A DNA stretch of 64,000 nt from NCBI RefSeq assembly GCF_038025025.1, contig NW_027117340.1:248001-312000 (forward strand), given 5' to 3'. Source of the DNA: Phyllosticta citribraziliensis (lineage: Eukaryota). Within the stretch, counting starts at the first letter, position 1, and each line of letters opens with the position of its first letter. Below, in pieces: positions 48,872 to 61,480 of this stretch. The notes under the pieces were generated by a model that saw only the letters and a list, made by a program, of their open reading frames with translations, was not told the DNA's origin and did no database searches. A program made the position numbers and the translations under genes.

Positions 48872-51800
48872 GTCTTGTGCGTCGGGGCAAGGATGAGGTT
48901 CGGCGGCAGCGGGAGGAGGATAGACGATGTGGTCGAGAGGATCAATCGAGGCTTGGTCGAGGTCGCCACTGGGGCGTGGAGCTGGAGCGGCAGCAGCAGC
49001 AGCAGAGTGGGGATCTCGGGTAGATGAGGATCTTGAAGGAGGAGGAAGAGGAGCCATGGTCAGTACGGACGAGATCCTTTTGGTGGAGAGGGAGCAGTAG
49101 GAGGGTGTAGTGGTAGCTTACTCTTGTAGGGTGTGTATTTGAGAGCGTCAGTGTGGAGCTGGTGGTAGTGATGCTAAAAACTGGCACCTTCGGATAGCAA
49201 ATGCCTGCGCCATGCCCAGGGGGGGCGGAGGGTACATCATATACAAGCCTAAGTCCTCAGTAAGAACCAACAGACGTCTGGTTGGCCCCGTGCGCCGAAG
49301 GATCGCGATCCCTGCCGGCACGCTTGGGGGGAACCCCCGTGCGGGCCATATCGTGAGCAGGTAGGCAGGGCAGGCAAATTCGACAAGAGATTAGGTCAAG
49401 CTTTGGGCGCTAGCGAGGGACCCAACGGCGCCGCATTCAGCAGTGGGTGCCTTTTAGGTTTGGCATGGGCGGTGTCACTATGTTTCGCGGGCGACTTAGC
49501 CCTGAGGATACCGCCCTTGTGGGGTGTTGGTGGCGTTGGAGAGATGGTTTCAGACTGGCTGAAGGCACATTCGGCCGGTGTTCCGTCCAAGCTGTGTGAC
49601 CAAAATAGGCTGGTGATCCATCTCCACTGCGCCACGGCGGCCTTTGTTTAGAAGCGTCGCCGGCGATAACGCAGGGCTGAAGAAGACGCGGACGAGATGG
49701 GACTGACGTTGCCGGGGCATTGGTGATTCTGGTCGTCGGGTTGGCGACGAGAGAGGCGAGACGGGAGGCGTGGCGTGGCCAGCGTGAGACGAGGGCATTG
49801 AGGTCAGCTCCAAGTCATCAATTGCAGAGGTCAGGTAGTATGACAACCACCAGAGAAGCAAGGGATAGCATGGCGTTGCGAGCTGTCGTTTCGACCCGTC
49901 TTGTCGTCTCTCTCTCTCTCTCTCTCGTCCTGTGCTGTCGCTTTTGTCTTTGCGCGTCGCTGTGACTGTGACGTTTTGATTTTTTTCTTCTTTCCGCATT
50001 TGATCCCTGCGTTGCTGCCTGGGAGCAGGGCTGTTCAGAGTGAGCAGGGTGAGGTGTTTGGTCTGGTGCCCGTCGGGAGTCCGAGTCCGAAGGGTCGGTG
50101 CGGTGGGTGGGTAGGTAGGGTACAGCGGAGCTATTTCCCTGCCCCCGGCCTCTCTCCCGTCGCTCAGGTCGCGTCTTCCGCTGCCTCACTCGACCTGACC
50201 TCGACCACCTACCACCTCCACCTCCTCCTCCACCACCACCACATCAAATCTCACCTGCCTTACTCCAGAACTTCGTCCCTGCCCCGCGCTATCCCGCTCA
50301 TGACCCAGCTCGGTTTCGCTTTTGGCGCTACCTTGCCGGTCTACCGTGTGACCGTCTGCTCATCTTCACGAGGCTGCCATGCGTTCCCCACCTCGTCTCC
50401 TCGCTGGGGTAACCGCACGTCTCATCATGTCTGTCATGGCACAGACACCTCTCGAGTGCAACACGGACACATGACAGCCCAGAAACCCTTGCAGCAGGCG
50501 GCCCAATGCAAACCTGGTTGCCTCCACGAGGCTGGCGGTGCCCATCACGTCGGTGGTGCTCTAATGAGTCTGCGACCCATGGGCGACAGACGTGCTGGCC
50601 TCCACTGGCATTTGCCGCGTGCCACGCCCGCCGGCGCGGCGCTTGTCATCGACCTTTTCCGCGACCGGTTCTCATTCACGTCAGCCGGTCCACGTCACGG
50701 CGGCTGGGCCACCAGCAAGTCGTCGTGGTGCGCGGGGCTAGCTTGCTGATACATGATCTCATTAGAGGCCGAGATGAAAGTATAATTTGGCCGCCACGAG
50801 CAACTATCGCGCCTCGCGCCACTGCGGTTCAATGTTTGCCCAGACCGCGGAGCCGTAATGGAAGGTGAGATGGCCGTCGCAGTGGCTGGGGCGGACGAGG
50901 GTTCCGTCGAAATGGGCCCGTCGTGGGTAGGGTGGATGAGTACATGGCCCAGCAGCACCCAGAACCGTGGCCGTGGCTCACTAAAGGGCTGGCTAGCAGT
51001 AGCTGTACCTTGGGCGTCGCCGATTCTGACCTCAGCCTTTGTCCAGGGGTCTTGAAAGCAGCGAGTAGGTACAGCACTCGCAAGGGTTGCTTGGACAAAC
51101 GCATTGACTGCCAAAGTGCCGGCCACAGCGGGCCTTTCCAGCTCCCGGTTGCCAGAGCGGCGCCCTCACTCCTTCAGCCCAGCAAACCGGTGCGTCAAGC
51201 ATTCCTTCCCGCAGCGCCGCACGTGAGGGCGCGTCGGATCCAATTTCCATCGTTGTTATGAACGACGCCGGTCGGACTTGGGCCGGTACGAGACCACGTA
51301 CGAGGTCCGCCGGCCGTTGGGTTGGCGAACGACGGGCAAGTGAGACGAAACGGTGCCGGTGGACCCGGACTTCTCAATCAAGACGGTCCATGTTATTTCG
51401 CAGCGAGAAGAGGATGACGCTGATGATGTATGGATTGTCGGAGACGATTCCGAGTCGCTGGCCGTGCGAAATAAGAGGTGAAGAGCGGGTGAGGATGTTG
51501 GATGGGATCATCGCCAAGGGTCATGCACAGCAGATCGACCTCTGAACCGAGATGGCGGGAGATTTTGGATTGGGGACGCTGCGATGCCCGCAAACGAGAT
51601 TGCAAGGGTCCCTGTGCTCGGGGAAGTCGGCTTAGGTTCGCTGAGGTCGACGTCGAAACGGCTCCCGTCGAGTCTGTTGCGGCTCCGTCACCACCTCAGC
51701 GTCTTCGTCACAGCAACCGCCGGCTTCTTCCTACGCCACAGCACGCTCCCTCTCCACGCCCTTCTCTTCACCACCACAGTTCAACTGTCTCCGTCTCCGT

Positions 51801-53426
51801 CTCCTTCTCCTCTCCGCCGTCTCCACCGCGTCTCTCTCTCTCTCTCCACAAAAAAACACCCAGACCGCTTGCGCTTCCACTTCCCAACCGCCTCCCATTC
51901 GTCTCTTTGCTCTCTTGTTTCCATCCCCTTCGCCCTCGCCTACACGCTCTGTTCTCGATCCCCAAGTCAACATCCCCCTCTTGCTCATCGTCTCCACCAC
52001 CCGCCGCCCGCGCCGCCCGCTCGCTCGGATATCGTCCTCTTTTCTGCTCATGTCGCGCGCACGCGCACGCGCGCGCCGCTCGCTGTCTTTGCCGCGCTAG
52101 CCGCGTACCCGCGCGCGCGCGCCCCCCATCACATCCTCCCATCCATTCGTCCCCAGAATGCTGCTCTGCTGTTCCCTACGCTCTCGCCGCTGCTGCCCTT
52201 GCTAGCCTGCCTGTACACACTGTACCCACGGCCAAGGCACAGCAGGCAGGCAGGCAGCCGAGAGGGGCGCTTGCTTGCTTGCATACACGCGCCGCATTCT
52301 CGTCCGTCCTGCATCCCCGCTACGTGTGTGCATGTGTACACATACGTCTATGCATACACGTATGCATACGCACGTATACACAGGCGTATATGCGCGTATA
52401 CGGCGGCGGCGGCGGCGACCCCACTCGGGACGGGATGCACCACCCACCCACCGCCGCTATGTTGTCGTCTCCGCTCCGCACCGCACAGCGCAGGACGTTG
52501 TTGATTGCCGCCCGCTCGCTTGCCCGCTGGCGTCAGCTTTGCAGAGCCGCATGTCCAGCTGCGGAAAAAGGCAGGTACGGGACGCTGTACCTGCTTTCTG
52601 TGTCACGGGGGTCGATATGCCCTTCAACAGCCTCTCCGCAGATCCTCAGAGCCACTGACCGTGGAAAAGGTATTGAAGCATGGAGACGCGACGCAACAGT
52701 GCAGCCCCGCTGCTTTGCGCCGACGACGCGGAGGTTAGAGAGTGAGGCATCTTGAGTCAAGTGGTGCCCGCGTTAGGCTAGGTTGGCCGGTAGGTATATC
52801 CACTACGTGTATCAGAGAGGTATCGCCAGCAACGTATCTACAGGTAGGTACATGTATTTAAATACCTGTGCCCTTCACCCCACGACTTCGCATCCCTACT
52901 CGGATCAGATCGGTAGACGACAAAGAACGCACGCGCCGCATTGAATCATCCCAATCAGCGCGCCCGATCAAAGCGCTTCGGGATGGAAAGTCTACAATTC
53001 AATCAATCAATCAATCAATACCGACCCCTCCGCCTGCTCGCTCGCCCCTATATATACTGCACCCATCCACTGCAGCCCAACCAGGTGCATATCGTCATCT
53101 CCGTCGTTGTTGAAAAAACGCTCCACCCATCGCATCCCATCCACTTTCGCCGGCCAGCTAGCCAGCCAGCCAGCCAGCCAGCGCGCAACCAAACAAACAA
53201 ACAAAGAAAGGCCAGTGCCGTTGCTGTTTTGCTTTTATACAAGGCCGTTTTGGGGAGTGGGGTATAAAACTCCACCCATTCATTCATTCAGTGTGCAGCA
53301 ATCGCTCCGCCCAAGTTTGTTCAGGGTTGAATCAATCAGTCAATCAGTCAGTCAAGTTGGTAGGTAGTCGGTCTGTCAATTTACACGTGCATTCGTGTGC
53401 TGAGGTCGTCGGCGTTCTCCACGGTA

Positions 53427-55492
53427 TCATGCCTCGACAGCGGCCTCCGGGGGCCCCATGGCCGCGAGTGCGCGATTGAACGTGGCGACGAGCTCGTCCG
53501 TGTCTTCGAGGCCGACGCTGAAGCGGACGAGGTTGGACTCGACGCCGTAGGAAGCCGCCTGCCACATTGCATCACATTAGCCCCTGCTGCTGCTGCCCTA
53601 GACGTAATCCAAACCCAAACAAGAGGAACGCTTACCCAGTCGAGCTCCGTAAAGTGCGCCAGCAGGACGTAGGGCGAGCTGAGGGTGAAGTTGGTGCCCA
53701 GGCTGGGCCCCTTGGCCGTGTCGAGGTTGTCGAAGAAGTTGATGGCGTCGGCCGTCGAGTAGAACGTCGCCGACAAGAGGCCGCCGTAGCCGCCGTTGGG
53801 CCGCTTGCACCGGTCGTAGTTGGGCCGCGTGGGGCTGTATTTCGGGTAGTTGACTTGCTTGACTGTCATTGCGTTGAGCGTTAGTCTCGTAATGGGGTGA
53901 TGTTGCAGCTGTGAATGTGGCTTCCGGCAGCTTGCTTACCCCTTGGATGCTTCATGAGCACGGCGCAAATGGCTTCGGCGTTGATGTTGATGCGCTCGAT
54001 GCGCGGCACAAAGTCGCGGCTGTTGCGCTCGAGGAAGATGGCGTCCTCGGGCCACAAGTTGTCCTCGTACTCGCTGGCCAATGTCTTCTTCAGCTGATCA
54101 TAGTGGCGGCCCTTGGGGTTGAGAATGGCGCTACCGCCCATGACGTTGCTGTCGCCGCTGAAGATCTTGGTCAGACTGCTGACCACGACGTCGGCGAACG
54201 GCAGCACGTGGACGTTGAGGAAGTTGCCGATAGTCTCGTCCACCACGACGCAAAAGTCGTACTTGTCGGCCAGAGCGCGAATGCGCTGGAGATCGGGAGA
54301 CTTGAGCAGTGGGTTTCCTGGGAACTCGCAAAACAGCGCCAGGAACTTTTCTCCGCCTTCGAGTCTCTTCTCAAATTCGTCCAGCTCCTCATCTGAACCG
54401 AAACCAAAGAAGACGACGCCTGGGCCAAACTTTTCCAGAATCTTGAGCGTGTCAATGTAGGGGAAACCGTAGCTGACGCTCTTTTTCTGACCCAATGTGG
54501 CCATCATACACCTGTGAGTGTTGAAAATAGCACTCATTCCCGTCGGGAAGAGGTAGACGTCGTCCTCTGAAAAGCCCGCAACTTGCCGCGTCCGATCCTG
54601 GTCTGCCTCGAGCTTCAAGGCCTCTTCGAGAGCGACGTTAGCAGTCAGCGACCCTGCGATCCTTCTCCGAATGGCCAACTTGGCGTTATCGGCGAAACCA
54701 ACGTCCAGATTTCTTCCGAATCTTTCCTCGACAAATCGCAGCGGGTCTTGGCCATCTGGTTCTCTTTCGGGAGCCGTGTGGTGCCCATTTGCACCTGGCG
54801 CCTTGGAATCCACGGAGCCTCTCTTTTGATATCTCTTTGGTCCCTTGACCATGCGTTGATCCGCCTGGCTTTTCTCCACCAATACCCCATCTTCGAACGC
54901 TTTGTGGCAATATTCGGCCCTGCGACTGGACACGCCGTCACCGGCGTGCTGCCAGAAAGCCTTTGCAATCTTGAAACGATCCTTGGGAAAGATGACTGCC
55001 GAAACCTTGGGCAAGACACGGTCTGTGGAATGGCGATGGTCAAGGTTGGGCACCAGATCGATGAGGCGGAGGCGATTGGGGCCGAGCTCGGGCGCTTGCT
55101 TGCGGAACCATTCTAGACAGCGGTTGGCGATGACATGGGACGGGAAGAGCATAGCAGAGTCATCTGCTTGGCCGTAGGTCGCAACAATGGCTTCGGCGAA
55201 GCGCTGGATGGATTTGTGGACGAAGAATCTACGCGCGTCAGAACGAGGTTTCGAGCGTGTGTATGAGCAGCGCACCGTGGGTATCCAGTCTTCATGCGTC
55301 CGACCACATCGGGTCTGCCTTCTTCGTAGCCAACATTGGCATCCCAAGTTGGGAGCGACACGCTCACGGCCTGAATACGTCAGTGCTGGTGCCCCGCGAA
55401 GCCCCGCGGAAAAAGGTGTAGGCGGGCCTTACATGCGCAGTGAGGGGAGGAATGGTTTCTCCAACGTCGTTTTCGCGAGGCGAGGCGGCCAT
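53427..55492 (-). CDS. STR2: Cystathionine gamma-synthase; introns 55432-55371, 55275-55229, 53939-53863, 53635-53559
   Basis: HAVSVSLPTW..NVGYEEG, GYPRFF, CEFPGNPLL, PLP-lysine SLTKIFSG, KGPSLGTNFTL and RFSVGLED. Confidence 0.92.
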
Positions 55493-55615
55493 GGTCAAGT
55501 CCAGTCTGGATCCGGGAGTCAATGGGCGAGAGCGGGAATGGGCGAATTGGACATGCGGAGACCCTCTGACACAAAGAAGTCTCTCCGATCCCGGTGCGAG
55601 TAATGGGATTGTCTC

Positions 55616-55660
55616 CTTATCGATAAGAGCTCGCGTGCAAGGGTTCGGTCGGGAAATTTT
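55616..55660. promoter_or_regulatory. Palindrome CTTATCGATAAG plus AAATTTT in the STR2/UTP22 divergent promoter
   Basis: Perfect 12-bp palindrome at 55616-55627 and RRPE-like AAATTTT at 55654-55660. Confidence 0.45.
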
Positions 55661-55729
55661 GTTGCCCAAGCCGCGACAACTTTTGTCTCTCGCGCGCCAG
55701 ATTCGAAACCCGCGCGACAACACCCCAAA

Positions 55730-58700
55730 ATGGCTCCACCAGCAGTCAAGCGCAGAAAGCTCAGCCACGACTCGGACGAAGACAGCAGCGACGGCGGCGT
55801 TGACGTCGGCGTCGTCGGCAGCGGCTCCGACGCTGATAGCGTCGACAGCGACACAGGGAGCCTAGAAGACGTTGAGATGGGAAATGTGGGACAAGCAGAG
55901 CAATCTGATGAGGATGATGGAGCCGAGGAGGATGAAGAGGTGGAACAGTCGCAGCCCAAGGCGCAAGATGGAAAATCGCAGGAAAAGTCTCTGAAGACCA
56001 AACAGGAGCCTCGAAAGCCGAAGCGAGACATCGACATGGCCGAGATGACGGGCGCATACACCGGCGAAGTCTACAAGTCCAACATGTTCAAATTGCAGGT
56101 GGACGAGTTGCTGGCACAAGTCAGACCGAAACATGGCAAGAAGGAAGTCGCCGCGGAAAAGGCACTGCGCGATCTCAAATCAATCATCGAAAAGATTCCT
56201 TCGAGGGACCCCTCTTCGGTGAGTCGCATTGTCCCAGCCCCACTGTTGCTAGGCTAATTCGGTCCAGGTGATTGAGGCCGAAAGGTCCTTGATCAAACAT
56301 AGCAAGGTTGCCGTGCCTTTTCCTCACCCTCGCCCTCCAAAAGACGCCAAGTACACCTTGCAATACTCGAAGCCGATTGCCATCAACCCTGTCGGTAGCT
56401 ACCCGTTGAAAATAAACGCTAGGACTGGAGATGAATACGCCATTGACCTCATGGTCGTTATGCCGCCGACCGTGTTCCAGGAGAAGGACTACCTGAACTA
56501 TCGCTACTTTTACAAGAGGGCATACTACCTGGCTGCAATTGCGGCTGGAATCAAGAGCACAAAGGGCCACAATCTCAAGCTCAGCTTCGACTACCTCAAC
56601 GGCAATGAATTGCAACCTATCATTGTCGTTCAAGGCGGCGGCAACGACGACCTCTCCACCTCGAACTACCGGATTCACATTATCCCTGCCGTTCCGGATG
56701 GTGTTTTCCCCGAGGACAAGACGCTCCCGGAGAAGAACTGCGTACGGCCCAAGCAAACTGGCGACGAATCGCCAACTCTCAAGCCAACCCCATTTTACAA
56801 CGCGTCTTTGCGTGCAGATTGCCAGACGACGGCCTACTTGAAGCTACTCCACGGCGCTCTGAGCAGATCTGAAGCCTTCAAGGACGCTTGCGTCCTCGGC
56901 CGCACTTGGTTGCGCCAGCGTGGTTTTGGCAGCAGGATCCGCAATGGAGGTTTCGGCAACTTCGAATGGGCCTCCATCATGGCACTCTTGATGGAGGGCG
57001 GCGGTCCCGCCGGAAGGCCTCTCTTCGCCGCGGGTTACAGCAGCTACCAGCTTTTCAAGGGCATGCTGCAGTTTCTTGCCTCGAGAGATCTCACGGAACA
57101 GCCGCAGCTTTACGAAGCCCATGGGATCTCGGTCCCGAGGGAGGATGCCGTTCCCACCTTCTTCGACGGTCCTCGCTCTCTCAACGTTTTGTACAAAATG
57201 ACTCCTTGGGCATACAAGCTTCTGCGACGGGAGGCGAAGACGACAGTCTCGTCGCTTGGAGATTCGGCTTTTGATCAGTTCGAGGCCACATTTGTCCTCA
57301 AAACGGACCATGTTCTGTACAGGTACGATGCCGTGGCCGAAATTCCCGTCTCCGCGTTTGGAATCAACTTCGAAGACGAAGACCACAATCAGAAGATCAC
57401 AAAGAGCTTCCACAAGCTCTATCGCGTGCTCAAGCGTGGCTTGGGTGATCGCGCCGAACTCGTTTCTTTGATACTGCCAGAAGCTCCCTCTTTCCCTCTC
57501 GGCAACGCAAAGACGACCATTCCACGAAATGCAACGCTTCAGGTTGGCTTCGTCGTCGATCCAGCCAATGCGCTCCGGGCTGTCGATCATGGTCCCTCTG
57601 CTGAGAGCAAGAAAGAAGCTGCGCTGTTCCGTCAGTTCTGGGGCGAAAAGGCTGAGCTGCGTCGATTCAAGGACGGAAGCATTCTGGAGAGTCTTGTGTG
57701 GTCTACCAAGGACTCGAACACTTCGATCTTCGAGCAAATCATCCAGTACGTCTTGAACCGCCACCTAGGAAAGGATGTTGCCGAGAGCACCAAGCTCTTT
57801 GGAGAAAACTTCTCGCGGCTTGTCACGGGCAATGGACAGGTTGGACATGACCTGTTCTTGCCCTTTAAGAAGGCATTCGACAATTTGGAGCGAGACATTC
57901 GCTCCTTGGAGGGCATGCCCCTGTCGACCCGTCATGTATTCGCAGCGGACCCGAAACTTCGATATGCATCTGTCGACGTGCCTCTACAGCTTAGGCAGGC
58001 TCCCGAACCGGCCGACGTCATGATTGAGTTTGAAGGGTCCGCACGCTGGCCAGATGATCTGAGAGCAATCCAAATGACCAAGGTCGCCTTTTTACTCAAG
58101 ATGGGCGAGCTTCTCCAGGAGTCTGCCAAAGGCGTCACGACTCGAGTCGGCCTCGAAAACCAAGGCTTTGACATCATGAACCAGTCTTTCATGGATGTCG
58201 TCTATCAGTCTGGTGCAATCTTCCGCCTCAGAGTGTATCACGACCGCGAGCAGACTCTCCTTGAGCGCCGTCTCAAAGACAAGAGTCTGGACACGGCGAC
58301 GAGAGAAGCTACTGCGCTTGCCTTGGCTACGCACAAGCGCCTGTCCCAGCGCGTTCCCTCTCACACACAAGCTATCCAGGCTCTTTCGACCCGCCTTCCG
58401 GCCCTCTCCCCGTCTATTCGTCTCCTCAAGAAGTGGTTCGCGGCCCACCTTCTTTCGTCTCACTTTGCCCCTGAACTCATTGAATTGATGGTCGTGCGAA
58501 CGTTTTTGAATTCATACCCTTGGGAGCCGCCTACCAGCGCCATGACCGGCTTCCTACGCACCTTGTCTTTCCTCGCTCGCTGGGACTGGCGCAACGAGCC
58601 CCTCATCGTCGACTTGAGCAGCGAAATGAAGACGCAGGACGTCGCCGCAATCAACACTCGCTACGAAGCCTGGCGAAAGATTGACCCAGCCTTGAACCGC

Positions 58701-59288
58701 GTCGTCATATTCGCCGCCACGAACGTCGACCCGGAGGGTACGACATGGACGGACCACGCGCGCCCGGCCAAGGTCGTTGCTGCGCGGATGACGGCGCTCG
58801 CCAAAGCAGCGTCGCAGGCAGTCCGAGAAACCGGCGTACGCATTGAGCCCGAGTCACTCTTCTCTAGCCCGCTTTCCGACTACGACTTTGTCCTGCGCAT
58901 CAGCCCGCAGCACAGCAAGAGCGGGCGCAAAGACAAGACGGCCAAGGCGCAGTTCAAAAACCTCGCGCTCCAAGCTGAGCCCGCGCAAAACGTCGACATG
59001 GCAGGTTTCGACCCGGTGCGCCTCTACCTTGCCGAGCTGCGCGAAATCTACGGCCACGTCGTTATCTTTTTCCACGACGGCGACGGCGGCGATGTCGTTG
59101 CTGGCCTGTGGAACCCTGCTAATACGGTGAGGAGGAAGTGGAAGGTCAGGATGGGATACTCGAGCGTGCCGGTTGCGGGGGCAGGCGAGGAGGACGCCCA
59201 GGCTGATGTCAATAAGGAGGCGATTTTGGCTGAGATGGCAAGGCTGGGAGGAGAGCTGGTGAGGAAAGTCGACGTGAACAGGCGATGA
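55730..59288 (+). CDS. UTP22: U3 snoRNA-associated protein 22 (Nrap family); intron 56219-56267
   Basis: FKLQVDELL, FQEKDYLNYRYFYKRAYYLA, WLRQRGF, FWGEKAELRRFKDGSILES and FEGSARWPDD. Confidence 0.95.
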
Positions 59289-59671
59289 TCTGCATCTACA
59301 ATCGTACATTGTGTCTTGAATCATTCCAAATCAGCGTCAACTTGGCGCCGTCATGACGAGAGCCGTCACGCATGTTGAAACCATACTTGTAATCCACTCA
59401 ACCTACGTCAAGCCAGCCACTACTGCCAAGATTGGAACCCAGAGCAGGGCGGAGACGTGAACCCGGAAGATGTCCCACGTCATTGCTACCAGCGACCAAA
59501 TATGCGTCGTCATCTTTCTTCATTGATCTATTTTTCCAAAACCAAACGCACAAACTGCCTACCCATGGAAGAAGAGACAAGTCAAATATTACAAGAAGCA
59601 TATTACACGCTCATCTCTCACCTTCTCTACCACGCTGCCCACTTCTTTCTCTCACTTGCTAGTCAGATGTC

Positions 59672-61480
59672 TCAGTAATCCATGCTATCGCTCGCGCCCT
59701 TGGCATCCCGCGCCAACTTGCCATCCAAATCCGTCGTCTGGCTACCCTCCCTCGGATGCCCCAGGGCGACACTCATCTCACGCGTCGCCCGACAACTCAA
59801 ACTACGGCGCTGGCTCATGCGCTCCATTTTCGTCTTGCCAGTAATGAACACCAAGCGCTGGCGCTGGCCGTCCTCGGCGCCGCTCCACGTCTTCCACTCC
59901 GGACTGCCGGCATCGCGCTCCTTGTTCGGATCCAGCTGCTTGACGAAGCTGAGCCAGTACTTGCGAATGACGGGCGCGATGCCCTCGTTGGCGCCTTTGG
60001 GCAGGTACGACGGTGGCGCCCCGTTGTCCGTGTTGTTGGGCCCCCATAGCGCGTACTGCTCGACAATGTGCCACGTGCCGTAGCCGGCGTTTTCGTCGTC
60101 CTCGTCCGTGACGGCGTAGCGGTAGTTCCACGTCGGCGGGCTGAGGTCGCCGCTGCTGCTACCGCGCGGCGGCGCCACGGCGTTTTTGACGATGCTGTTT
60201 TGCAGCTCGTAGACGATGCAGTTGGTGCCGATGTCGCCGATGGCGTCGGCCGTTTGCCGCCACTTGCGACCGGACTTGGAGTAGTAAGGGGCAGGCCGGT
60301 TAATGTAAAGGTCGTCGAGGATGTCGAGCGAGCCGCGGGTGAGCGCGCCGTCCTGCTTCTTGAGATACGTGTGCGCCTGCTCGGCCGTGTCGGTGTCCTG
60401 CGGCGCGACGTACTTCGTGCCTTCGTTGTTGCAGAAGCCCATGATGGTGGGCACCTTGGCGAAGGCGCCGTCCGAAAACATGTCGAGCAGGGGTTTGGGG
60501 AACATTTGGTCGTCGATGCCCGGGTCAAACCAGCACCCGGAAGTGCGCAGCTCCGGTTCGGGTTTCGAGCGCAGGCAGGCTAGCGTGTCAATGTTGTCGG
60601 TGCACTTGGTTGCGTTGAGCAGGCACTCGTACTGCTCTTCGCCTTGCTTCATGTTGCGCATCGTGACCCAGCCTCCTGACTCAATGATGGCGCCCGCAAA
60701 AGGAGGGCGCTTTGTGTCGCGGTATACCACCATGAGGAGGGCAGAAGCAGTGCCGCCGGCACTAATTCCATTGAGAACGATTTGATCCGAGTCACCACCA
60801 AACTGAAACCAGTCAATACGGGCTGGAAGCACGTGCAAAAGAAGAGGGAAATCTTACCGCCGCAATGTGATCTTTTGTCCATTCGAGCGCCTTCTTGATG
60901 TCCAAGATCCCCGCATTCAGTGCTCCCTTCCTCTTAATCTCGTCGCTGTGTGCAAATCCAGTCGGACCAACGCGGTAATTGAACAAGACCACAATGATTT
61001 CGCCGTCTTTTACGAGGTTCTCTGGGTTCCAATTGGAATTGGAGTTTGACTTGAAGCTCCCACCCTGAATGAAGAACATGACCGGAAGACGAGTACTTCT
61101 GGGATTCTCTGGTGCAAATACTGAAATGTACAGACAGTCTTCATCCACGCGGAAGCGGTCTGTTTTTCCTTGTGCGGTATAGTCGTCGGGGGTTTGAGGC
61201 GGGCAGATAGCACCAAACTTTTCTTGTCAGCATGTCTGCAGTAAGGAGAAGAGCACGAGCATACCTTGTCAGCTTTGATCACCTCTTCACTCTTCGGAGG
61301 GTCTTGCGGTGCAGCAAAGCGGTTATTCCCAGTCGGCTTGTCCGCATACCGCATCCCGAGCCATTTGAGAACACCGTTTTCTCTAACTCCCTCATATTTG
61401 GAGTACCCCAGATCCACAAAGGGAGAACCGGCATTGACAACACTGGCAGCGGCCAGGAGGGAAACAATAGTTTTCCACAT
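59672..61480 (-). CDS. Secreted type-B carboxylesterase/lipase; introns 61264-61218 and 60857-60803
   Basis: Signal peptide MWKTIVSLLAAASVVNA, WLGMRYA, EDCLY, IQGGSF, NYRVG, nucleophile GISAG, NEG and catalytic His in WHIVE. Confidence 0.9.

Noticed and set aside
49901..52755. ORFs of 282, 417 and 306 aa upstream of the C2H2 TF
   Set aside because: Low-complexity translations of microsatellite-rich GC DNA with non-ATG or weak starts and no motifs.
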